A DNA stretch of 64,000 nucleotides, from positions 4,274,814-4,338,813 of the forward strand of contig BFEA01000043.1 in the NCBI GenBank assembly GCA_003427395.1. The letters run 5' to 3'. Each line of letters starts with the position of its first letter. Position 1 is the stretch's first letter. Origin of the DNA: Chara braunii. Lineage: Eukaryota; Plantae; Charophyceae. This document shows, piece by piece, positions 51,844 through 64,000 of this stretch. The position numbers were made by a program, and so were the translations under genes. The notes beneath the pieces are model-generated. The model made no database searches. It had not been told where the DNA came from and saw nothing but the letters and a program-made list of their open reading frames with translations.

Positions 51844-54612
51844 AACACGTCACCCTTCTGTGGACGTCTGACAGATTTTCATCATGAATGAATTGAATCA
51901 GGCACAGGCAGGCGTGTATACACAAAGCTTGCCCGTTGTGTTAACGGGCGGATCTTGCTCGTGAACTGATGGTTCAATGGCCGTGACCTTGTAGGGCCAT
52001 TCGCCATCTCGTAGTGTTTGTTTTTGCCCTCCACTTGGGGCATGTTGGACTTATCTGTGTTGTTCCAATTTCGGGGAATGCCCCGAGGTATGCCTGGTTG
52101 CAACCACAATTTTGTTTTAATCGTGTTTTCTGGGCACTAGGCCCCTCTTAGGCTTCTTTGTACTGTTGCCACTTTCATGGATGGAAGGGACGCCTGTCGA
52201 CAATCCAGCTGCCGAGCCGTTTGAATCGAACAGGCATGATGGTGTTCAAGTAATCCCAAATCTGTATATTGTTCCTGTCTATGTGTACAATATCTCAGGG
52301 GAAACTGGACTGTTGTAAGTTACTGTAATTATGTTGCTGGTGTTTGCTTTTGTTGCTTTCTTCCTTTGTCAGGGTCTACTGAACTGTTCAGAGTGACAGT
52401 AATCATGTTGCTGGTATTTGCTTTTGTCACTTTCTTCCTTTCGTCTTCTATTTTTTAACCCCCCTTGTTTTTTCCCCACTTGTCTTCTAGTGCAACCTCT
52501 GTACAGTCGGGCAGTACTTGGAATGGTGGGGTGTGTGATCAGTGGTTGTAAGGAGCACCTCAGGAAAGAGTCATTATGAGCTGCTTCCTGGTGTTTTGGC
52601 TCCATAACCCACCGCTGCGTGCAGGCCTTCTTTTTCCAAGGCAAATTGTGTTGCGCGCCAAAAATAAAAATGAACCGGCGCGCGGGCACAATTTTGTCTT
52701 TTTGGCTCTGAGGGGTGCCGTTCCAATCCTTTTGTTTTTTTATTTTTTTTGTTTTTTGGTGCCATTCCAATCCAGTAGCTCCGATGCTGAAAAGCTGGGG
52801 CAAATATATTTGCCCAGCTATTTGATTGGGCTGGGGGGCTTAGTAGCGATTGAGAGTTTTTGCCCCCTTTCCCCCTTCTGTTTTTTTTTTTTTTTGTTTG
52901 GGAAACCTTTTCCCACTATTATCTGCCAGTCCCTTTCACTTCAGACGCTGTGGGCTCCATCCCACAATGAAGGAGAAAGTCCCACTGGTGCACTGTTCAT
53001 GCTAACAAAGCCATTTTTTTTTGGACTCGGTTCATGCTTTCCACGCACGAAGAGAGAAGCACCAGTGGGGCCTGGCCCTAAACACGATCAAGAGTGTGCT
53101 CTCGCCAGGACTGCCCCGCTTCAATTGGGCAGTAATTTTTGGTTCACTATGCCGAAGAAAGTGGTAGTGTGCGTGTGCCCTAAGGGGGCAACTACATTAT
53201 TTTGGCAAAATTCATCCACTACCGATCTGCCAGGCCATAATGATGGAACACACATCGATGGACGAAGTTGTTAAAACTTACAACCTTTTTTTTTTTTTTC
53301 CTGAAATTGCTCCATTCTTTTAGTGGGGAGCAGCACATGCTGGGAACCGGGCCCAGCGTCCCTTATATCATCTCTATGTAAGTTGTTAAAACATCAGTAT
53401 TTTTGCCCAAACAAATTTCTCCAACGCAGCACACCATATGCCAAGTCCGTCGGGATGTACCGGCGTGCATTGTAGCGGAAAATACATCGCCATTGGCAGG
53501 ATGCATAACGTGCTGCTTGGCAGGCCGGTACATTCCGAAGGCCGCGGTGCTGCATCGGAGGAATTTGGCTGGGCACTAATGCTGGTGGTTCAAACATAAT
53601 TTTTTTTATTTTTTTTTCAGCCAAACAGGTGTAGCCCTCGTGCATGACGACCAGATAATAATCTCAGGGGAGGCCGTCTGCCTCTGAGTGACAGGTATGC
53701 ATGTTCCTGCTGCACACTTGTGTCTGTTGGGATTCCGGTCTGTTCCTTTTCTTATCAACTTTGTTTCATGTCTTGTCTTCTTGTGCAACTTATGCACCAT
53801 CAGGATGGATGGTGTTTGCAACATGTGCGGTCTGTGGCTGGGAGGGAGCAGCTAAGCGAACAGTTATTATTATCATTTCGTCTTTGCTTTTTGTTTGCTT
53901 CGGTCTTCCGAGCCCATTTTTCTGCTTTTCTTTGTTCTTTCCTCGCTCACTCTTTGCTCTTTGTCAGTGAAAGTGTGGTCGACTTCGGATCCAGTGGGTT
54001 TGTGGCACAAATAAGACAGACCAAGGGGCATCTGTACCAGGGCTGCCAAAATCGCATTCGCAAAATGCTATCAGGAAGCTGCACCAAAAGATATGAGGAA
54101 GCTGCACAAAAAGCTATCATTAGAGTATGCTCAGACTAGGCCCTCAAAGCCGCATTCGCAAAATGAACGGCCAGATCGAGGTGTCCTTGTAGGAGGACTC
54201 GATCTGCCTTCTGATTTTGTGATTCTGTGATTTCAAGTTCCCAGTGTGAGTATGCCCTTAGAGGCTTTTTCCTGGTAAGTCCTGCGGGTCATGTCGTCAG
54301 CTTTGGAAGTTGTGGCTCCATCCATTCGATTGTCCCAATGGCCCAGGGACAAGCAGGACTAACTTTGCTCAAATTTTTCTTTTCCACTACTTTGGTTTTA
54401 GTATTTTTTTGGGAAATTTGCTAAATACCCCCAGAAGTTGAGATATATGCCAAAATGGCCCTGAAAGATGTGGGTAGAGCGGAATGACCTTTTAGGCCGA
54501 AATGTGTGTGCTGTGCCGCTATCAGGCGGGTGTGCAACTTTGCAATCTGGACCTCCCCGTTTGGGTCTTGGCCTTTTGCAATAGCTGCTAGGAAAAGTTG
54601 GCAAGTGCTGGG

Positions 54613-54905
54613 CTAGCCTACCAGATTGGCCCGGGGACACTTGCCCGGCCGGGCCAAAAAGAAATAATTAGAAAAAAAACAAAATTTATTTTTTAACTTC
54701 ATTTTTATTTTGAATTTGGTAAAGAATTGCGATGTGAACGTGAGGCAAAAGTTGTTCAGTTGATTTTTCTGCATAACATAGTTTTTTTTTTCCGGATTTC
54801 TTTGATTTTAATTTTTTTTTTTTTTGCTAGCACCTTCCCTGGTCCTTGCACGGCCGGGCCGTCTGGGAAAATAGGGTGACCCGGGTGGCCCGGCTGGTAG
54901 CCTAG
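54613..54905 (-). mobile_element. Second copy of the 8-bp-TSD MITE, opposite orientation
   Basis: CTAGCCTACCAG..CTGGTAGCCTAG, TSD GTGCTGGG/GTGCCGGG (7/8); interior is the reverse complement of 35486-35772. Confidence 0.85.
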
Positions 54906-55432
54906 GTGCCGGGGCAAAAAGAAAAAAAATATATATATATTTTTTAAATTGGCACATATGACTTCTTGTTCACTGCAGGTCCTTGGAAAACAGGAAGAAA
55001 TGACAGGTCATAGGAGTTGCTCTCAATCAAAATTTAGGAAACTTGGAAATCAAGGGAAAGTCCAGGGAGCGCCTCCAGGTAGTTTCTGCGACCTCTAGAT
55101 GAACCTAGGACTCAAGGCTACAAGTCCATCTTTCGCATTCCTATAAGCCATTTTTGCCTTTTTGGATTTTTAGGCTTGTCCTCCACCGGCTTAAGCAGAA
55201 GCCGTAATAACTTCTGAGGCTCCACCTGTCCAGGCCCTTTCGGGGCTATTACTGATGCAGCACCGAGCGGCATGGAGAAATCGTGGTCTTCATTTTCTTT
55301 TTCGCCGGAATTGTGACCGGATTCAGTCCACCGTTCTTTATGGGAAAAGATATCGTGCAGCGAAATACCCAATTTGAGCAGAACCGAATCGGCAGCCGAT
55401 CGTGGGGGAAGAGGAGAACTGAATTTTCAGCC

Positions 55433-55525
55433 GTTTCATGCTGAATTCCCGAAAGGGAATCTTCCCATATTCGTTGGGAAGGGAATATTCCCGAAAGGGT
55501 TTCATGCTGAATTCCCGAAAGGGTC
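55433..55525. repeat. Short tandem repeat (TTTCATGCTGA)ATTCCCGAAAGGG, 3 copies
   Basis: Direct reading. Confidence 0.65.
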
Positions 55526-56729
55526 TGTTTTGCCTGTAATAAAAAAGTGTTTGACTCTGCCCTAAAAAAATGATGTAGTATGTCAAAGTATGAAGTACGT
55601 AGACAATACCTGGCATTGATAGGGAACGGTGGAAGGAAGCTAGCGGGTAAGTGAGCTTATGCAGTGTAAAATAACAAGGGTTGGGTACATCAGGCATCAA
55701 GGATGACAATATGAGGAAGGATGAGAGAAACAAGAGAGTAAGATTAAGGAAGTATGAATGTTTGAATTCAGGAATACAAGGACAGTAGGACAGCATAAGA
55801 TTGGACTACGAGTAAACGGGGTGCATAAGGTATATGCGGAAAAAACGGTGACAGAAGTTTGGATAAGATGTTACAGGTGTAATGCGGTTTGACTGCCAGG
55901 GACCCCCCCCTCCCCCCCACCCCCCCGGCATCCCGCAACCTGGGAGGCTACACTGCTGTGTGACTGGGTGCTGCTAGTAAGCTTCCCAACCAGCAGGAGA
56001 GCCCCCTTCTTCAGGAAGGCAATGGATTGGGGGGAGGGATGCCCCGTAGCAGGTCCCCCCTTGTAGGTGACTAGGACCGCAAGGGATAGGCTGACCTCTT
56101 TTCTTCTTCTTTTTCTCTTGATTATACAAACATGCTTGCCGGTGATAAGCAACCGGGCTGATGCCCCGCCCAGAATAGAAGGGGCGGGTGGTTGAGGGAC
56201 TGTCAGAGCTGGGAGACTGCGTTTCAGCTGTGTTGTATTGAGCTGAAGTGTTTCCATTTGTCTCTGACTCTCTGTTCATAGTGGAAGCTTAGGTATTCAC
56301 AGTGGCTGGAGGACGCTCCCCTGTGGACATGCACGCTGTGGAACTAGTGTTGGTGAATTGTGGTCTGCGGCATTTTTGCTTCTACCAGAACCTATGCAAC
56401 TGCAGAACATCTAGTTATCAGTTCGCATTGCAAGAATCTCCTCGGTCTTTCTAGTCTGAAAAGAGAAGAAAGCAAGGGGTGTTCTTCCACCCAAAAGGTA
56501 CATCTATATCCTCTGGGGCAGTGTTGCATACCTGACGGTCGGCGTCCCTGGACTGGTTGGATGCCGACGAGTCGACCGATTGGCTGGTCGGGGGTGATCG
56601 GCACCCCACAATTTTTTTATTTTTTTTTTGGGTCCAGAACCCCTATTAACCCCACTAACACCCCAATACCTGCCCCCACTATGCCCATACTCACCATAGC
56701 TGACATGTTTCTACTGTTTAGAGGAAACC

Positions 56730-59700
56730 CGACCCCTTAGGTTGCCACAGCAGCACCCCCTGGTTCACCACGGGATTGTATTCCTTCCTCAACTAATCCC
56801 CAGATCTCTCTACCAGGCCTCAAGCTCCTGCTGCCGCAGGTCACAGGGCTATACCGCAGCACCTGCCAGCGTCGTTCTGGCGTCGGCAAACCGAGAGAAC
56901 AAAACACCAATGCTTGGTAAGACATCAGATAGGATTCTACCGTCTGTAAAAATCCTACGTTGGATATGAGAAGAAAACCAGATGTCACCTCGGAATTTAA
57001 GTCGACCAGATAACCATGACATAACCCCTTTTTTTATGATGATGGCGATGATGATAATGATGATGATGATGATGATGATGATGTGTTACTCTTGTCCTGG
57101 ATCTTTAAAGACAGTTGTCCGTCTCCCAGTCACAATTGTAGCGTTGTTACTCAGAAGATTGGAAAAGAGGCTCTCCTCCCTCCCCCCTTCTTACCAACCT
57201 ATCCCAAAAAAGAGTTAAGAGCCAAGTGCAATCGCAAAGAAGTCAGTGATAATTAGTCACAAAAAACAGACTAGCGCCCTTCCGAATGGAAGGTTTCAGA
57301 AAATGTGTGCGATGTTGGTCCATGCAAAGAGAGGGGCTACATTGTTTTCCCAAACGTAACTCAAACGTAACTTCCAGGTCTGCCAGGGGCTTTGCTCGTT
57401 TAGGACTCTTAGGAAGTTCTATTTGGTTCCTGCTCGTGGGGAGGGCCGAGTTTTGGGAAATGTATATGCAAAATGCAGCATTGCATATACGAAGTTACAA
57501 ACACCTTTTTCTGTACCTCGATTGAAACTCACTTTCCGAAGGACAAAATCCAAAAGTTCTGGAAAACATATATGTCCTTAGGGTAATATGGAAATGCAAC
57601 ATTTAACCCACCAGTATTTCGGAGCCTCTTTTTCTGGACCCGGATTGCTGCGCCGGGCCAAAAAAAACGGGGTGGGCGCAATTGTTTTGGGGAGGGGGTC
57701 TGTGCCAATGCCAATTTGTGTCCGGTATGCTGAGTTTCTGTCAACGTGGCAGGTAGGCTGCCAGGTCCAAATAAAATAGCTGCGGATGTACTGGTGGTTC
57801 AAACCATCAGTACTTCCGAGGATCTTTTGCCCTGCAGCTGTACTGGTGGTCTGAATCATCAGTGCTTCCGAGGCACTTTTGCTCGGGGCTCCAAACGTCC
57901 TGCATGCCAAAAATGACCAAACGGTTGCAGGTTATACTGCAAAATGTTCCGACTGCAGCCGCAGATGCCAAAAGGGACGCCCTTTCTGCACTGCATGCTG
58001 CCAGAGACATGTGGCGGAGGATCAGCAGCATATCTGGATTACCTGCCCACATCCCAAGACCATCTGGACGTAGTGGAGGAATTTTGGAATTCACTCCTGC
58101 TACCTGGGGAGACCTTTGGGCCAAAGCAGCCATATTGATGGGGACTGGTTATTCATACCGCAAAAACACGAGTCTATGTTTTTGAAACCCTTCATGCAAG
58201 TGTTGCGGAATCTCTGGCAACATACGAACGGCATAGTGCGAGCGGAAGAGGCGTCCTCTGCACTGTTGCTCATCCAGCGTATAAAGAGAAACCTCGGACA
58301 TGTCATTTTCCTGGACTGGCAGAAAAGGGTCTGAAAAGCGGCTTCACTATCAGTCGCTGTACGTTGGTTCAGAAAGCATTGGGCCTTGTGCCCCAGTATT
58401 GATGGGTGTACATGCGACATTTCTTTTGGCCCTCTTTTAAAGCGCCAGTGCACCACACATGGGAGTGCACCACACATGGGCCCGCAGATGTCAGCATGAA
58501 TCCAGGGCTACTTCGGAGGCCGCCGATTCTTTTTTTCAATGGTGCCCTGTGCCGTGCAGCCCCTTCGAGTTTTGCTTGTGATGCCGAAAACTTCATGCAA
58601 GGTTGGGGTCATGTACCTGTGGCGTAAACAGTTTGCTGAAGAATAGGGGGCAGGGTTGTCATGCGGGGANNNNNNNNNNNNNNNNNNNNNNNNNNNNNNN
58701 NNNNNNNNNNNNNNNNNNNNNNNNNNNNNNNNNNNNNNNNNNNNNNNNNNNNNNNNNNNNNNNNNNNNNNNNNNNNNNNNNNNNNNNNNNNNNNNNNNNN
58801 NNNNNNNNNNNNNNNNNNNNNNNNNNNNNNNNNNNNNNNNNNNNNNNNNNNNNNNNNNNNNNNNNNNNNNNNNNNNNNNNNNNNNNNNNNNNNNNNNNNN
58901 NNNNNNNNNNNNNNNNNNNNNNNNNNNNNNNNNNNNNNNNNNNNNNNNNNNNNNNNNNNNNNNNNNNNNNNNNNNNNNNNNNNNNNNNNNNNNNNNNNNN
59001 NNNNNNNNNNNNNNNNNNNNNNNNNNNNNNNNNNNNNNNNNNNNNNNCCCCCCCGCCCCTCGCCCTTGCCCTCGCCCTAAAAAGTTAGTCGGTTGCTAGT
59101 TTAGTTTTGCTTTACTGTCTTTTAGTAAGCTTTTTCTTGTTTTCCAAGCTTTCTGTTCCTTGTTCTTAAAAAATGAGGCCCCACCTGCGGCGGAAGGTTG
59201 GAGGCCAATAACCGTTGAATTTTCTACATTTCTTGGGGTCTGTATATTTCTGCCGTGGCCACTGGGCCCATAATAAAAAATGATGTTTTCCAAAACTCGG
59301 TTTAATAAAAAAGAAGACCAAACGGCACGGGCCTGGTTTTTGCCGGGAAACGTACTGGTGGTTTAACTTCTGTAAAAAGACTAAACTGCCAGGGGAGTTC
59401 TATTTGAATGTTTTGAAGTTTAGGGTTATAGGTACCCTCGTCATTCAAACTATGCTCGGGGAAGGGGGTAGCCCTTTTTTTTTCTCTCTTTTTTTGAACG
59501 GGCCCAGTGTCCAAGGCTGATATTAACAATAAGAAGATTGATGCCGGGGTCCTCACAGTCTACCCAGAGTGACCGAACTGAACATGCCGAGAACGGGGCT
59601 CAGCGCCCCTCATATGATGATGACGATAAACTTCTGCCGATTATATGAAAAATGTGAGATAATGATACTAATGATGATGATGATGCTAATGATGATGGAG

Positions 59701-60800
59701 ATTAGCATTGATGCTGTATTAGCAGATCTGGCCTCGTAATTCTAGAACAACTCCTAGCTTTCCCTGTACCAGGAGATTACATCTCAAAGATGATGCCATC
59801 GTACCCCACATCAACCATAGCTAACTTGTTCTCAAGGCACCCCCCCGCAGTTCGCGAGTGGATTGCCTTCCCCCCTCAGCAAATCTCCAGACCTCTCTAC
59901 AAGGCCTCACACTCCTGCCATTTGCAGGTTACAGGGCAACGTCCCAGCTCCGGCCAGCATCGTTCTGGCATCGGCAAACCAGGGGCTCAGAACAAAGCAA
60001 CTCTGGAGATATCAGCCCGGATTCGGCCATCTCTGAAATCCTATATCCCGATTATCCCGAACGAGGAAGAAGGCCAGATGCCGCCAAGAATTCCGGAACA
60101 CCACCTATTCTTTTTTATCTTTTTTAGTTAAACTCAGATATTTTATGCCAAGAAAATAGACTACCACAGCAAAACAGTCCTCACACTCCCTGAACAGAAC
60201 CTAGCCTCCTCTCTATGTGTCACTAACATTCCAAGGGCCAAATCATCCTAACTAATACCCAGCATGGCTGTCGTGTCCTTACTACTAAGACTACCCCTGA
60301 CCCCTTAGGATGTCTCAGCAGCCCCCCTCAGCTCGCCACCGGATGGCCTTCCTCCCTCGGCACCTCCCCAGATCTCTCTACCAGGCCTCAGGCTCCTGTT
60401 TAAGACAGGTTACAGGGCTATAAGCCCCAGCACGGGCCATTGTTGATCTGGCTCTTGCCAAGCGAAGCGCATAGAACCCCAACACCCGGCAAAGAACCCG
60501 TCAGGATTCAATCACCTGTGGAATCTGGCAACCAATACGCAGGAACACCAGATGTTGCCCAATAAGTCTGGAACAAGAATTGCATCTCGAAGCCGGATCA
60601 TTGATGTGCTATGTCTGTCCTGGATCTTTCAAGACAGCCGTCTGTCTCCCAGTTACGAAACATAGCACTGTCAGTGTCACAGATCATTAAAAAAGATAGA
60701 CAATGTCCCTCCCCTCTCCTCCATTCCAACCTGTCCCTCCACTGCCTCCGCCAAATAGGATTACCTAGGTTATAGATTTTCCACATCGACCCCAACTCAG
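56730..60800 (-). mobile_element. Three related decayed fragments, probably LINE (L1-like) ORF2 3' region: about 56730-57200, 59840-60105, 60295-60760
   Basis: Shared blocks (CAGATCTCTCTACCAGGCCTCA..CAGGT(C/T)ACAGGGC; GTCCTGGATCTTT.AAGACAG). Minus frame IVTGRRTTVFKDP resembles L1 VG.G..T.FW.D.W. The interval also holds unrelated sequence. Confidence 0.45.
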
Positions 60801-61728
60801 AACAGACCCACCCTTCCCTATCAAACCTCCAGAGATGTACAGCTCCCACCCAAAGTACACCCTTACTTGCCTTTTACCCTAATCTGCCCCCGCTGGGGTT
60901 TGATGCTTCTCCTCACATCTCCCCCAGCCCCAGAATAGGATAACCCCCTCTATCTTCTCACATCCCCTTCAGGGCATTCACACCCCACCTTGTGAAGCCC
61001 GTCACCCTTTCTATAATACCATCCTACCAAAAGGTGCTCAAAAATTGAACGCAGGAGGGAATCTGAATTTTAATTTGAATGCAGAGAATGAACACCAGAG
61101 AATTACCAAGATTTTAATACTCTGAACGTTTTAGCGGATAAGAAAGAGAATTCGTATTTTAAAATTCTAGCTATAAAATATAATAGGAAGAAATCACTGG
61201 GAGAAAACCGTTGTGAAAAAGGCTGACAGATAGGGAAGGAATTTAAGAATTAAATCATCCACAAATCTATCACAGGGAACTAAGATATATAAAAATAGTA
61301 AAATACCATTTATGTTAGTTAGACGAGAGATTTCAGGCTCTGAAGATAAGGAAGATCGAGAATGTATTGAGACTTCAGCTAGGATATTAGTTAGAGAAGC
61401 TAGTTAGGATGATAATGACATTGATGATAAGGTAGCACATTGACTAGATGAGGAATTCAATCACTAGATGACTATGAAGCAGTCCGCAGTCCAAAGGTAA
61501 GTGATTTCCCTCCTCCTCCCTCTCCCTCTCCGTATCCGAACTCTACGTACTCCAACCCTCCCTCCTGATCCCACCAGCAAGCCCTTCGCTCGCTAACTTT
61601 CTCGCCATGTCCTTCAACCCTAGACTTCTCCCCTTCCTCTCCCCTCCCCCATTTCCCTCGTGATGTCTTACCCCTTCACCTGCCATCACCCCAGCCCTCT
61701 CATCCAGTGTTATCACCCTCATCCACCG

Positions 61729-62050
61729 TCCTTTCGGAATTAGAGCTAGAGACTCCAACAAATGAAGTAACTATCAAGCTAGAGCAGAGCAAAGGAAAGC
61801 GCCAGAGAGGAAGTAAGGAAGTANATGGTGTAAAGGAGGAGAGAAAGATAGGAGGAGAGAAAGGGAATTGATAGAGACTCCTTTCGGAATTAGAGCTAGA
61901 GACTCCAACAAATGAAGTAGCTATCAAGCTAGAGCAGAGCAAAGGAAAGCGCCGGAGCGGAAGTAAGGAAGTACGGAAGCGAGAAAGGAAGAAAGAAGAA
62001 AGGGTGTAAAGGAGGAGAGAAAGATAGGAGGAGAGAAGGGGAATTGATAG
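61729..62050. repeat. Tandem duplication of about 150 bp (TCCTTTCGGAATTAGAGCTAGAGACTCCAAC..GGGAATTGATAGAGA)
   Basis: Copies at 61729 and 61878; a single N in the first copy suggests a contig join. Confidence 0.75.
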
Positions 62051-64000
62051 AGAAATGTGAAGGGGGAAATGAAGTGGAAAGACGTGATGGAGAGACTATC
62101 CAACCCCCTCCTATGCCCACTCACCTCAATAATGATGATAATGATGAGGCTGACGATGATGATCCAACCTCCCACACTTTGATGAATGTAGCCCTACGAA
62201 TGGTGAGGCCGTTTTCTTCGTACAAACGACAGCGCACCACTGGGGCTGTCCCTTGGTTGCTAGGGACCTAGGGTAGAAATAGCGTGATTAGAATGTGGAT
62301 AAGGGTTGCGGAGATACTTCGTTGACGTCATTCACACTAGATGGAAGGGTTTTGTACCTTACCATGAAGAGAAGGTTCATGTTAGAATAGCCTTTATGTG
62401 GACTGGGGGATTCCAAGCAGGTTTGGCGGCAGTACATGGGGTGGGTCACACTATGTGCACTTGGTTGTACCACGTGGCCCCAATGATACTATGTAATATG
62501 CAGGATGTTGGTTGGCCGGTACCATGCGGGGCAGGTCATACCGTGTGGCACTGTGGGCTGGGCAGTACAGCCTGGGGCAATTTGGCCCGTGCATGCTGGC
62601 CGTGTGCTTCAGATGATCGGAGGAGAAAAAAAAAGAAAACTAACGGGCCAAGGACATACTCACACCCATGGAAATACAGACTCAAGCTCGAACCCAAATG
62701 CATCTGAATGTGCAGAATGAAGCCATACTCACACTTGGGACTTTTTGTTTGTTTCTGGACGAAATTAGGGTCAGACACATCATGGTCACTTCTTGAATAG
62801 GGTCATATATGTACGACAGTGCTAGTGCTGCAGACGGTCTGTTCAAATGGAGAGATTCACAGACTTGTCGGGCGATTGAATTGGCAAGTCTCTGGAATGC
62901 GCTACTGATGTCTGCAGCAATCTGGCATGATCCTCTTCAGAGATCACGACACAAACGGCAACCCTGCAGCTGCACCAGTAGCTCTGCAAAGCCATCAGCC
63001 AGAAAGCACTGCATGCACTCAGAAAACAACCTGCATCCCTCTTGGCTGGGCCTTGATACAACCCAATTGCAGCTCGGGGACCAGTTGCATGGTAGGTTGT
63101 GGGATCATAAAACTCACTGGCCCTAAGTAATTTAGATTAATTTTATTTCATTCATCCACGTCCCTCAGTATTTGAGCTCAGGAGTGTACTTCAACAGTTC
63201 ATGGGTGTAGCAACTGAGCTAGGCCCACTGGTGCGCTCGCGTATGGTCTGAAGGGGCGAGGCAGTTCTTTGGGGCTGTGAAAAGAAGCTGCTACGTATAG
63301 CTGGGCCGAGAACAAACTTGCACGGTACCTGCTGCTTGTATCAATGAGATTATGTTTGGGCCTTGCCGTAGATATTTGATATGTTGTTACCTTTACTCTA
63401 CTCGTCTACCTTTTGTTAAGATTATCCTTTGTGTACCAGCTGGACTACTGTATGGGCACTTGAGAGATTGTGCTATTATTATTTTGTGTGTGTGTGTGTG
63501 TGCGTGTGTGCATGCATCTGTAAGATATTTTATTGTCTAACAATGTGGTCTCTTTCCCTCCTTTGTGGTTATTTCAAAGTGCAGCGGCAATCAAGGAGCA
63601 CTGTGGGTGAGAGACAAAGAGCTGGTGGCTGTTTCTGCAAAATCAGGAAGTGCTTAGCCGCCATATTAGCTTAGATTTGCTCATCAATGTCTACACCTGG
63701 CATCTCTCGATGCAAGCACTGTGGAAGTACAGCGGCAGCAGCTCAGCTGCCGCCTACAACGGCCGTTAACGTGAGTCTTCCAGAACCATATTTAAATTGC
63801 TCTCCTCGGAGTCTTCTTCCTGAAGATCTATTGTCAACGCGTCTTTTTTGATTTCCCTTTTCCCTTACAAATGCATCTTTCTTTATTTTACCTGGATGTC
63901 TTTCTGTAATGTTTCCCGGTGCAAAAATGTATCTCCTGACATCGCTTGGAGGTAAGAAGTCGTGTTGATATTGTTTGTAGGTTGAGGTCAATGGCTGTGC

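Noticed and set aside
61200-61500. RFVDDL on the minus strand as an RT active site
   Set aside because: No supporting RT motifs nearby; may be chance.
57800-64000. Possible host exons or transposase fragments at 57.8-58.6, 62.3-63.1 and 63.7-64.0 kb
   Set aside because: No recognisable domain or consistent splice structure; needs RNA-seq or a homology search.

Overview
Repeat-dominated eukaryotic genomic DNA from a draft short-read assembly (six N-gaps, two Nextera mate-pair adaptor artefacts). I found no intact host protein-coding gene. A plant-type U6 sequence, DIRS-order retroelement debris and an organellar-type tRNA-Val fragment suggest a streptophyte such as an alga or bryophyte; this is inference. 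Contents: (1) two diverged, oppositely oriented copies of an unclassified retroelement-like unit (about 5.5-11.9 kb minus, about 15.1-19.3 kb plus), each with a decayed unknown ORF followed by an array of structurally conserved hairpins whose outer stems vary in sequence but keep pairing; (2) an 81-bp satellite with an internal inversion; (3) a decayed DIRS/Ngaro-type element (RT, RNase H, methyltransferase-like domain, split direct repeats); (4) a cluster of short repeats carrying type III hammerhead ribozymes beside (TA)n tracts at 36.1-42.0 kb, one copy fully intact; (5) two U6 snRNA-like copies; (6) several MITE families, LINE-like and Penelope-like fragments, and many mini- and microsatellites. 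The hammerhead elements and the hairpin arrays are the most interesting signals. Boundaries of decayed elements are approximate.
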